A stretch of DNA of 63,253 nt, the filler included, from Octopus bimaculoides (Eukaryota), in NCBI RefSeq assembly GCF_001194135.2. It is 5 parts of 3 records of this genome, joined end to end, with 100 filler letters (N's around TTAATTAATTAA, not from the genome) between each part and the next. Parts side by side here need not be neighbours in the genome. Positions count along the whole stretch, not along the records: positions 15,256 to 24,522 come from NC_068981.1; positions 24,623 to 55,562 come from NC_068983.1; 3 more parts are not named here. One strand, 5' to 3'. Position numbers and translations under genes: made by a program. Shown piece by piece: positions 22,811 to 34,360 of this stretch. Under the pieces are notes generated by a model that worked only from the letters and a program-made list of their open reading frames with translations, searched no databases and had not been told where the DNA came from. Every line of letters begins with the position of its first letter. Within the stretch, counting starts at the first letter, position 1.

Positions 22811-24110
22811 TCATAGTAAGTAGGAAGGCAAACAAATCACAAATCCCCTCAGGTAGATGGTCCTGCTCAACCTGTAGAAAAGGTGTAGGTAGAAACTCCA
22901 TAAGATGCACCCAGTGTAAGCTTTGGACACACAAAATGTGCAGCAACATCAAAGGAAGATTAATAGAGAAACGAACTTTTATCTGTGAAAGGTGCACAGG
23001 CATAATAAATGCTAAACAAGTGCGGAAAATAGACTTCATCAACCGCAAGGGGGACAAGCTAGAGGTAGTAGATAGCTTTCAGTATCTAGGTGACCTGGTT
23101 AGTAGTGGAGATGGTTATTCCAAGAGCATAGCTGTGAGAATAAGATTAGGCTGGGCAAAATTCAGAGAGTTCCTACCCTTACTGGCAACAAAGGGCTTCT
23201 CTCTCAGAGTGAAAGGTAGATTGTTTGATGCCTGTATGCAAACAGCTATGCTGCATGGCAATGAAACATGGGCTACGACAGCCGAGAACATGCATAGGCT
23301 TGAGAGAAATGAAACCAGTATGCGTCGCTGGATGTGCAATGTCAGTGTGCATGTTCAACAGATTGTAAACATCTTGAGAGAAAAGTTAGGCATAAGAGGA
23401 ATCAGATGTGGTGTGCAAGAGAGACAACTGCACTGGTATGGTCATGTGATGAATATGGATGAGGACAGTTGTATAAAGAAGTGCTGATCTTTAACTGTGG
23501 AGGGACCTGTGGTAGAGGTAGACCCAGGAAGACATAGGATGAGGCAGTGAAGCATGACCTTCAAACTTTGAACCTCACAGAGTAGAGGCAATGATTAGTA
23601 ACTGAGACCTTTGGCAATGTGCTCTACTTACGAGAACCCATCAAGCCAAGTGCACCCGTGCTGGTGGCACATAAAGAAAAAATCAACTTTTGAACATTGG
23701 GCCTCATGGAGGCAAAGTGGCTGAGTTCCTTTCGAGTGTTGGGCCTCACGAAGGTGAGGTGGCTATGTTCCTTTAGAGCATTGGGTCTCATGGAGGCAAA
23801 GTGGCCAAGTTCCTTTCAAGTGTTGGGCCTCACAGAGGCAATGTCGTGCTTGAGAAGAAGACCCATCAAGCGGAGCAAAATTGCAGTCATGGCAGGTACC
23901 ATGTCACATAAATGGCACCCATGCTGGTGGCGTGTAAAAGCACCCATTACACTCTCAGACTGGTTGGTGTTAGGAAGAGTATCCAGCCATAGAAAACCAT
24001 GCCAAATCAGACTGGATCCTGGTGCAGCCTTCCAGCGTGCCTGCCGAGTTAAACCATCCAACCCATGCCAGCACAGACAACAGAGGTTAAATGATGATGA
24101 TATATATACA
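22807..24110 (+). mobile_element. 5'-truncated RTE LINE: PHD-like finger, thumb/C-terminus and 3' UTR with (GAT)n tail
   Basis: ORF to 23487: SGRWSCSTCRKGVGRNSIRCTQC...VVDSFQYLGD...RIRLGWAKFRE...LHGNETW...LHWYGHVMNMDE; UTR ends ccaacccatgccagcac...tgatgatgat. Confidence 0.93.
23697..23845 (+). repeat. 42-bp tandem repeat, about 3.5 units, in the RTE 3' UTR
   Basis: Units start ttggg(c/t)ctca at 23697, 23739, 23781 and 23823. Confidence 0.9.
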
Positions 24111-24522
24111 TATATATATATAGATATATATACATATATATGTAAGGGACGACCGTGCGAACTCAAAAAGGAGAAATGGTGACGAATGGTAAAACAGAGG
24201 ACTCCTTTTATTTAAACGTGTCGCACGGTCGAACAACAAAATAATATATCGAAGATGATATACATAATATGTTATGCGACAATAACATAGATGACCAGCA
24301 ATGAAAGACCACAACCGTATAAGATGAATAACAGAAATATTTATTGTAGCGTTAAAGATGTATGTCTGTGTGTGAGTGTGAATGCGACATATAATAATAA
24401 CATAATCAAAGACAGGCCGTCATACAAAGAAAAGTGTGTATGTGAGTGATACATGTATGTGTATGTGAGTTATTACAGCAGATGGAAAGAGTCAATAACA
24501 CGTGAGCAATTATACCAGTTCT

Positions 24523-24622
24523 NNNNNNNNNNNNNNNNNNNNNNNNNNNNNNNNNNNNNNNNNNNNTTAATTAATTAANNNNNNNNNNNNNNNNNNNNNN
24601 NNNNNNNNNNNNNNNNNNNNNN
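24523..24622. other. Artificial assembly spacer (44N-TTAATTAATTAA-44N)
   Basis: Same construct as at 15156. Confidence 0.95.
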
Positions 24623-26172
24623 TGTATGTGTACACAGACTACCGTTATCCAATCGGCTCCCAATGTAATGTTTTTCTGTATACTGTATTTCGCAGTGTTA
24701 CTGTTAATGATATAGAGAGCATAAACATCAGTCGAAATAATTAGCTGCTACGTATGTTTCATCATTGCAGTTATTTCGAACTCAACATGAGATGCTCCTA
24801 TTGTAATTGGATGTCATGCCCAAAATGCACATGCAATGGTTTGTTCAAAATAACTGATATAGTGAAATAAATGGAGCTAAATGCTTATACAAGCGTTGAT
24901 AATTTCCACTATGTATGTATGCAAGTATGTATGTATGTATGTATGTATGTATGTATGTATCTATCTATCTATCTATTTATTTATCTATCTATCTATCTAT
25001 CTATTAATCTTACTCTATACGTACAAATCTATAAACGTATGAATATATATATACATATATATGTATGCATATACACTCACAGTGACATACACACACGCAT
25101 GCCCACACAGACACAGACAAACAGAGGCACACACACACCTACATATATGAAGTCACTTGAATCAGCGTTGAATAGAATATATTCGTATGAAGATATTTAA
25201 CACGTCAATACCTACTGTATTCTGTCCTACAATAGGAAAAACTAGTTCATGTTGGGTAGAGACTGACAGAGTTTATGTCCGTATTGAAAGAGTATTGAAA
25301 AGGAAGTGTCTGATAATTGAGTGACATCATGAAAAACTGTATGGATATGTAGATAGTTGTTCTTCTCGTTTAGCAATCGAAATAATGACATGTCTAGAGA
25401 AAGTTCAAAAGAGAGTGGGTATGGAGAAATCGATGACTTCAATAGCACGAAACAAGAGGAAGATGTGCTAATAAGTAAAAGATTGTCTATGTTAACAAAG
25501 AAAACAAAATATATTATTCCAATTATAACGCAACCAAATATAACTTAGGCTGAAACAAAAGTAATTTTAACGTTTAAAAAAGCTGAAATTAAAAATACAA
25601 ACAGTAATTTTCAAATTACACACTTTAACACATTCATTGACATACGTCAATTGAATATTAAGAATATAATTATAGGAGATTGCTGTAATGTTGATGTTTA
25701 ATTTTTTCTAAGAGTCAAAAGAAAAGAAAATTACACACACACACACACANNNNNNNNNNNNNNNNNNNNNNNNNNNNNNNNNNNNNNNNNNNNNNNNNNN
25801 NNNNNNNNNNNNNNNNNNNNNNNNNNNNNNNNNNNNNNNNNNNNNNNNNNNNNNNNNNNNNNNNNNNNNNNNNNNNNNNNNNNNNNNNNNNNNNNNNNNN
25901 NNNNNNNNNNNNNNNNNNNNNNNNNNNNNNNNNNNNNNNNNNNNNNNNNNNNNNNNNNNNNNNNNNNNNNNNNNNNNNNNNNNNNNNNNNNNNNNNNNNN
26001 NNNNNNNNNNNNNNNNNNNNNNNNNNNNTATATATATATATATACATATACGCACAAACATACACACGCATACCCACACATATATATACATACATATGTA
26101 TGTCATGCATATACTTACATGCATACATGCATAAATATATATATATATATATATATACACATGCGTACACAC

Positions 26173-26219
<47 letters not shown>

Positions 26220-26869
26220 TTTATTTATATAATGGGCCAAATTATGGATGAAAAAGAATAGGTTAAAAAAATATTCGCAAACAAGAAAGAATCATGATAA
26301 ATAGTTTTCGTTAGTTGCATTTACCTACATATAAACATGAGGTATAAAACCGTTTATTTCATTTTAAAGCTAACTCCTACCTTTCATGTTTCTTTGCTAA
26401 AAAGAGTTCATTGATTTTCTTGGACAATGGACATTAACAGGAAGAATGTATGATATAGAGAATTTGTGGTAAATTTCGAACTTTGCTTTTTACAAACCCA
26501 AAGTATGGTTCTAGGGTGTTATCTCTAACAAAAATGTGCAGCTTCTCTTACAAGAATTCATACAGTATAACATAATTGAATGACCCCACAATAACCTACA
26601 TACTTACAGATGTCAACGAAAGAATATAACAATGACCAAAACACATAATTAACCGTTTTTTCTGTTAAATTAGAAACTTAATGTTGCCCTGATATATATT
26701 AAAATACTAAAACGACAGCGGGCGTTGCTGTGTAGTAATCAGTTTGTTTCTAAAACACATGACTACGGGTTGAGTCCCACTTGGGAAAATGTCATCCACT
26801 ATAATTCCGGGTTGACAAAAGCCTTGTGTGTAGATTTAGAAGAAGGCAACTGAAAGAAGCCCACAGTAT

Positions 26870-27160
26870 ATATGAGACGACGATGAGGACTCCAGTTGGT
26901 CCGATCAACGGAACAGCCGCTTCATGAAGTATCTGAGCACTCCACACAAGCGTACCCTTAACGCATTTCTCTGGGAGATTCTGAATGTGACAAGGTGGGT
27001 CCATTGAATTATACGTGCAACACATTCTTTTTTTGCTAGCTGAGTAATGTGAGTAATGAGATATAAAGTCTCTTGCTGAAGGACACAACGCATAACTAAT
27101 AATTGATCACGACCATACGATCATGAACCGAATACTCTAACCTCTACGCCATGCCCGTTC
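26870..27160 (-). mobile_element. Decayed tRNA-SINE (V-like core, tail shared with the 31460, 37100, 60789 and 62050 copies)
   Basis: Tail ccgatcaacggaacagc...acccttaacg; core tcttgctgaaggacacaacgca. Confidence 0.7.
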
Positions 27161-27209
27161 ACCGTATATATGGACATATATATGTATTTATGTGTTTGTG
27201 TATGCTTGT

Positions 27210-28440
27210 CACCCACTAGCGCTTCACGACTTGTACTGGTTTGTTTACATTCCCGTCAATTAACAGTTTGGTAAAAGAAATCGATAGAATAAAATACCAT
27301 ACTTTAGATTTAACTACTGGGGTAAATTCAACTAAAATCTCCTCAAGGCATTGCCCTAGAACAGTCGCAGTCCAAGGACCGAAACAATTAATAGTAATGA
27401 TTTTAGTTCTTGTAATCAAACCTTTGTTCATCCGAAAAGTAGCAGTGGACACAACCCTCCATTAACACTGTCTAATATATCGAATTATCATCCTACTACT
27501 GCGGCCATGCTGGGTCACCACCTACTGGGGATTCTAGGCGAATAAATCGACCCTAGTATTTACTTAAATTTGGCATTGATTCTATTCCCCAGTTGAACTG
27601 CTAAATCAGGAACCGCTAAGTCAAGAAATCATTAAAAATGCAAGACAGGTACCCAAGCAGGCTGGAGGGGGTGGAGGCAAACACACACACACGCACACAC
27701 ATACATATATCTATATATACATCATGGGGTTCCACACAGTTTTCGTCATGAAATCAGTCATAAAACTTTGGTCGGCCTATGGTTATCGTAGAACACTCAC
27801 TCTCAAGTTGCAATGCAGAAAAACTGAGCCTAAAACCACGTGATTGCCAAGCGAGTTTATGAACTACGGGGTTCCACATTTTGTGTTTAGTGTGTTTCAC
27901 CATGAAAGACTCATTGCAGAATTATTCAAAAAGCGAACTGCTTCAACAGTTTGGCCGTCTTTTATCTTTCTTCTTTAACTTGTATCAGTCTTGTATCAGA
28001 CTGTGGCTATGTTGGAGCATCGTCTTGAGGAATTTTTACTTGAATGAATCGATCTCTGTACTTGATATTTTAAGTCTGTTACTTACTCTGTCGTTGTGTT
28101 TAGCGGAACTACTAGATTACGGAGAGGTAAACATAACAAAGCACTGGCTGTCAAACCGTGGCGGGGGAGTGACACAAACACAAAGACATACACATACGCG
28201 CGCGCACACATATATGTGTGTGCATATGCTTGTGTAAGTTCCTCTCCACTGCTTGACGATCGGTGTTGGAGTCCTTAAATCACCGTAACTTAGCGGTTCT
28301 GTAAAAGCATTCGATAATATAAAGTGTTCGACAGTATAATTAATTTAACAATCAAATACTGGATCGATTCCTTCGACTATACTTCTTCAAAGCAGTTCCC
28401 CAGCATGACCATATTCTAGCAATTTAAACAAGTAAAACAC
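27210..28440. mobile_element. Cluster of decayed SINE pieces in both orientations
   Basis: Repeated cgtaacttagcggtt..., ctccagcatggcc-like and tttggtcggcc blocks. Confidence 0.65.
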
Positions 28441-28593
28441 AAAGGATAAACAAAGATATGTTTAAAAGATAATATTAAAATTCGTTCACGGACGTGTGCT
28501 AGAAAGTTTAATAGTTCAAAAGCGTTTAGTTAGTTTTTCATTTGGTAATCTTGATGAAGAGGGCGCGTAGCCTTATATTCTCTCCTCAGGGTT

Positions 28594-28657
28594 CACTTAT
28601 CCACCCTCCTATGCTACATTGAAGAGACCACGTGTAGCATAGGTGAAAGAATAAGCG
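28594..28657 (-). ncRNA. Candidate pre-miRNA-like hairpin
   Basis: On the minus strand the 25-nt arms pair at 23 of 25 positions (4 G-U) around a 14-nt loop; the plus strand pairs at only 19 of 25. No expression data. Confidence 0.4.
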
Positions 28658-29536
28658 ACTACTAACGGGAACTCAAGGAGGAAAATTGCTCTTCAGTGCT
28701 ATACGAATAAGCTAAGTGAGAACATACATATATAATACATATATGTATGTATATATATATATAAGTGTGTATGTATGCATGCATGTATATATATGAATAT
28801 ANNNNNNNNNNCGTGTAGCATAGGTGAAAGAATAAGCGACTACTAACGGGAACTCAAGGAGGAAAATTGCTCTTCAGTGCTATACGAATAAGCTAAGTGA
28901 GAACATACATATATAATACATATATGTATGTATATATAGATGATAGATATAATATAGTATAATTTGTCGCCAGCTCTCGATTCGCGTCGTATAAGTAACG
29001 CAGCATGTGTTTTAAAATAGTGAGAAATATTTTTAGTAAAAGAGAAGAACTGTATGAGGCAGTAATGCTATGTGACAGACATATCCTAATGTAGCGGAAA
29101 ACATCAAAAACATACATATTTATTTCGAAAAGTAAACAAATTTACAATAACTTTTTATAAAAGAAAAAAAATTGACTAATACAGAAAGTTTAAAATGTTA
29201 TTTTCCTTTAATATAATTAAAATAGATATTTGATATCAGGTTTGGCAATTTTTCAAAGAACAGCAGGAACGTAAAATATAAATATATAATTAAAGATAAT
29301 AAATGATAAATAATAAAAAATAGAAATGGAAGTTGCTGATTTCTCTTGTACGAATGAGACATCTTTAATTCAGCATATACGTACATACAGATACACAAGT
29401 ATACACATACATACACGCACCCCCCCCATACACACGCATAAACATACACGCATATACGTACACCCACACATACATACATATATATATATGTGTATGTACA
29501 TTTGTATATACATATATACATATATACATACTTATA

Positions 29537-29583
<47 letters not shown>

Positions 29584-31454
29584 NNNNNNNNNNNNNNNNN
29601 NNNNNNNNNNNNNNNNNNNNNNNNNNNNNNNNNNNNNNNNNNNNNNNNNNNNNNNNNNNNNNNNNNNNNNNNNNNNNNNNNNNNNNNNNNNNNNNNNNNN
29701 NNNNNNNNNNNNNNNNNNNNNNNNNNNNNNNNNNNNNNNNNNNNNNNNNNNNNNNNNNNNNNNNNNNNNNNNNNNNNNNNNNNNNNNNNNNNNNNNNNNN
29801 NNNNNNNNNNNNNNNNNNNNNNNNNNNNNNNNNNNNNNNNNNNNNNNNNNNNNNNNNNNNNNNNNNNNNNNNNNNNNNNNNNNNNNNNNNNNNNNNNNNN
29901 NNNNNNNNNNNNNNNNNNNNNNNNNNNNNNNNNNNNNNNNNNNNNNNNNNNNNNNNNNNNNNNNNNNNNNNNNNNNNNNNNNNNNNNNNNNNNNNNNNNN
30001 NNNNNNNNNNNNNNNNNNNNNNNNNNNNNNNNNNNNNNNNNNNNNNNNNNNNNNNNNNNNNNNNNNNNNNNNNNNNNNNNNNNNNNNNNNNNNNNNNNNN
30101 NNNNNNACATATACACGCACGTACACACACAGAGGAAATATACCCAAACGCATATATATACATGTATATAACGTATTTTGCAAATTGAAATTTCACATAA
30201 AGCCGTTTCTCCGCCTACGTTATAATTTGAATCTCTTCACAGAATTCAAATGTTCAAGAGCATATTTATCCATAGATCCATAAACTCTTTCTTCTGTACT
30301 TACCATATATATACCTATATACAAACATACATAAAAATACGATTATATCTACAAAACTTATACAGGATCCATACACCTCTACACATATGTATGTACGTAA
30401 GGTGACGTGCAGGGTAACGGAAAATAAGTGTAAGTATTTTGATGTTATAAGAAACATTATTAAACATAAAATACATTGAGAGAATTTAAACCAAAATGTA
30501 TAGCAGAGCAAAAACAAAAATAAAAAGTAGAAATTTGTTTTGATTCGAATCGAGATAAATTTAAACAGTTTTCCACACAATATGAAAGGAATTTACCCGA
30601 TTTGTATTAACGACATAAATTTTCGAAAAACTCCTTGAACCGGAAACAGATAACGATATCTATAGTCGACATGTTGAAAGTTGTTTCTTTACATCACGAA
30701 AGAAAATCCATATAGGTATTGATGTTTTTATCGAAAGTTTGTTCTAACATCATTTGTGTAAGTACAGGAGACAGTCGAATGAACGGATTTCAATGGATTA
30801 CAAGTATATATGAGAAAGTAAATATAAAAATAAAATAGTCACTCGTCATGCTTTTCTTTCTTCTTATCAATGAAGTTAACACGCAATAAATATTGACATT
30901 TAGAAGATGAGTTTACACAAATAAACTTACCTATACCGACATGAATTTGTAAACTGTTAGAGAACATAACGTAACGAAAATGGCATGCATCAGCAATAAT
31001 TTGTTGACTACGTAGGTATTTTTCAAGTAACGCTTTGTCTAACATGTATATACACACCTTCCATATTTATCTGAATGAGAAAAAATATACAATTCCTGCA
31101 GGGACTGAGCAATTTCAACATATTACCTCTAACGTTTGATAGAAACATTTCAGCAGTTAGCTATAACAAATGTTAATAAAAAGATTTCTCAACGACTGAA
31201 TGAATAAATAAATACAGTATGCAGTCGGCAGAAATATATAAATAGTTGACTAACGTAGGATTGATTCTCGGTTAAATCATCTCAAAAATGTTTGAAGGTT
31301 CAACGACACAAAACAGAATAAATATATACCACAACATCAATATATAAAATAAGATATAAAAGGAAAAAAAAAAAAAATAAATGACAAAAAATACGGAAAA
31401 TATAAAAATAAACTAGAAATACATTGAAAGAATAACGAAACAAAGTAACAAAAT

Positions 31455-31846
31455 GAAAAATCATGGCACTCCGTCGGTTACGACGACAAGGGTTCTAGTT
31501 GATCCGATCAACGGAACAGCCTGCTCGTGAAATTGACATGCAAGTGGCTGAGCACTCCAGAGACACGTGTACCCTTAACGTAATTTTCGAGGAGGTTCAG
31601 CGTGACACAGAGTGTAACAAAGCTGGCCCTTTGAAATACGGGTACAACAGAAACAGTTACAACAGAAGAAAGAGTGAGAGAAAGTTGTGGTGAAAGAGTA
31701 CAGCATGGTTCGAAACCACTCCCTACTGGAGGTCCGTGGAGCTTTAGGTGTTTTCAATAGACACTGCCAACGCCCGGTTTGGGAATCGAGACCGCGATCC
31801 TACGACCGCGAGTCCGCTGCTCTAACCATTGGGCCATAGCGCCCCC
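31455..31846 (-). mobile_element. tRNA-derived SINE, ~390 bp
   Basis: Reverse complement begins ggcgctatggcccaatggttagagcagcggactcgcggtcgtaggatcgcggtctcgattcc (A and B boxes); homologous to the 37100 and 60789 copies. Confidence 0.9.
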
Positions 31847-32059
31847 AACAAATTAATAAATAAATGGAAAAGGAATCTCTTCAATGGTTGTATTTGAAGA
31901 AAAAAAATAACACTCCGATTTTATTTGTATATTGCTTGAAGTCAGATACCATTACATGTGATTGCATGAGAGTTTGACGGTTTCTTTAGACTATGATTTT
32001 TAAAATATTATTAGAGATTTCATAATTATCACTCATATTATAATTATCCTTCTCATCGC

Positions 32060-32091
32060 AATCATCATTGCAATCATCATCATCACCATCG

Positions 32092-32138
<47 letters not shown>

Positions 32139-32184
32139 GTCATCATCATCACAAGTAGTAGTAATTCTCGTAGTGAGTAGTAGT

Positions 32185-32216
<32 letters not shown>

Positions 32217-32226
32217 TAGTAGTAGC

Positions 32227-32264
<38 letters not shown>

Positions 32265-32350
32265 CAGAAGTAGTAGTAGTAGTAGTGGTAGTAGTAGTAG
32301 TAGTGGTGGTGGTGGTAGTAGTGGTAGTAGTAGTAGTAGTAGTAGCAGTA

Positions 32351-32443
<93 letters not shown>

Positions 32444-32445
32444 TT
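32060..32445. repeat. Compound trinucleotide array (CAT)n/(AGT)n/(GGT)n
   Basis: Direct inspection. Confidence 0.95.
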
Positions 32446-32643
32446 TCTTTATAATTTCCACCTGATTTGCATTGCAATCACATTAACGTGTGAAAACATT
32501 ATACTTTTGAACTCGCTTGTCATTTATTGGTAGTGATGAGAGGAAAGTATGACGACAGAATTCGCTTTAAAATTCCGTCGGTTTACAATTATGATCATCA
32601 TTATCTTTCTTATTGTTGTTGTTGTTGTTTTTATTATTATTAT

Positions 32644-33075
32644 TGAGTGAGAGAGCAGTGCATGCCATCAAAATGACACAAGGGTAAAATATACGAAGCA
32701 CAGTATACCCATCATTACTACCTGTCTGATAAGAATACACCAGGCACATGCATCACAGCCACATGTTCCCGACATGGTGATCTCATATCAAAATAAACAG
32801 CGCATAACTTCACAGGCGAGGCCCAGTTAGGACTCATAAGGTCCCTGAATAAGATTTGTTTAAGGATGTTGAGCAAAATACCCATGTTTTCAACGGTGAA
32901 TTATTCAAACCCCAAAGAATTCCTCTCAACACATGGCTATGATGCTCCCCTACTACTTCTGCTCGTGATCAGAGATGCACATATCGTCAGCCACCAAGGG
33001 TCATGCTCAACTGGTTAAGGTCAAACAACTCACAAGCAAATCTGTGGCATGAACCATAATATTTGCTGTAGCACT
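32644..33075 (-). mobile_element. Non-coding interspersed repeat ending in an (AAT)n tail
   Basis: Non-repetitive ~430-bp block between trinucleotide arrays; the minus strand ends ...gcactgctctctcactc-aataataat. Retroposon status is inferred from the tail. Confidence 0.5.
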
Positions 33076-33079
33076 ATCA

Positions 33080-33097
33080 TATAATAATAATAATAAT

Positions 33098-33169
<72 letters not shown>

Positions 33170-33215
33170 AATAATAATAATAATAACAAAAATAATAATA
33201 ATAATTATTATTATC
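33080..33215. repeat. (AAT)(AAC)(AAT) array
   Basis: Direct inspection. Confidence 0.95.
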
Positions 33216-33985
33216 ATCATCTCTTAATTCGGTTTCCATTTCATACTGAGTGTTTTCCTGACACCTAGGGCAGAGAATCCCCTTGTATAGATTCGTAATC
33301 CATTAAAATAAACACACCATATTGTTCATTTTCAAAGTCATGTGATAGAGAAAAGGGGGAAGAAAGACAGAGAGGAAAAGGCAAAAGAAAATATGAAATG
33401 TAAGCAATGAAAATAAAGGGGAAAAAGAAAGAAAATTCACAGCGACAATGCACTTCTCAGTACGAGTGACATGCCTGTTCATACATGGATGATAAGCCAG
33501 GGATCATTCTTAAATGATATTCAGTTCCCTTTTTGATCATTCCAAGTGCTCCTACAATACTGGTACTCTAACCATCTTGAGATACTACATCTTTTCAATT
33601 TCTATTAGCAAATCATTATATTTTCTGAGCTTATCAAATTCTTTTGCCGAGATATTATGGTCACAGAGTATGCCCATTGAATCAATAAACACCTTATTGT
33701 TTCGGTCTTTCACAACAATATCTGCTCTAATAGATGGTCCGGCCTGTACATACTGGGAAGTCCCAAAGAATCGTTACTTTTTCTGCCTGAGTTACAACCT
33801 CAGGGTGGTGGTTGTACCATTTGTCAGCTGTTCCGGTTTTATAATACCGACACATTATCCAGTGTAGTGATTGAACAACTCTGTCATATCTTGATTTGTA
33901 CTCTACAGGTGCTAAAACCTTACACCCAGATATTAGATGGTCAACATCTGGCTGCATCATACATTTATCTCGAATTTCTGTAATA
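33215..33985 (-). mobile_element. R4/Dong-clade non-LTR element 3' end (zinc knuckle remnant plus restriction-like endonuclease)
   Basis: VDHLISGCKVLAPVEYKSRYDRVVQSLHWIMC...KWYNHHPE...VTILWDFPV...RADIVVKD...DHNISAKEFDKLRKY.DL.IEIEKM. Confidence 0.88.
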
Positions 33986-34049
33986 GTTAAGTACGATTAT
34001 AGCGACATCTTGATAATAACAGTAATAGCACTCATCACTTTTACTAGTG

Positions 34050-34360
34050 TTATAATTAATATTAGTTTTAATGTTGGCACAAGGCCAGTAATTTGAGGTG
34101 TGAGTTAGTTGATTACATTGACTCCAGTGCTTAAATGGTAGTTAATGGCATAATTAATATTGGTTTCAGATTTTGGCATCAAGCCAGCAATTTGAGGAAA
34201 GGAGATTACAACGACTCCATTGCTCAACTGGTAATTATTTCATCGAACACGAATGGATGAAAGGCTAAGTCAACCGCAGTGCAATTTGAACTCAGAACGT
34301 AAACACACACGAAATGCCTGGCATGCTAACGAGTCGGACAGCTAGCTGTCGTAATGGTAT
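34050..34360 (-). mobile_element. Decayed tRNA-SINE of the family seen at 62554
   Basis: ggatgaaaggctaagtcaacc...gaatttgaactcagaacgtaa...gctaac blocks. Confidence 0.75.

Noticed and set aside
24141-24522. CpG-rich stretch as a PNKP promoter or first exon
   Set aside because: No FHA N-terminal coding exon was found. It starts TGTAAGG right after a (TA)n tract and looks more like an inserted repeat or LTR end, but I cannot support that either.
25357-25548. Plus-strand ORF with a good-looking acceptor
   Set aside because: Another frame reads LEKVQKRV, typical of a decayed L2/CR1 LINE C-terminus.
28631-28935. ~120-bp direct duplication on either side of a 10-N gap
   Set aside because: Identical copies abutting a minimal gap are most likely an unmerged contig overlap.
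31780-31846. tRNA genes at SINE heads, here and at 41793, 61100 and 62554
   Set aside because: They have A and B boxes but no complete cloverleaf, and each continues into a SINE body.
31986-33239. Poly-Ser/Leu/Val/Tyr/Asp ORFs, also at 38173-38522 and 43554-43988
   Set aside because: Trinucleotide arrays are open in several frames on both strands.
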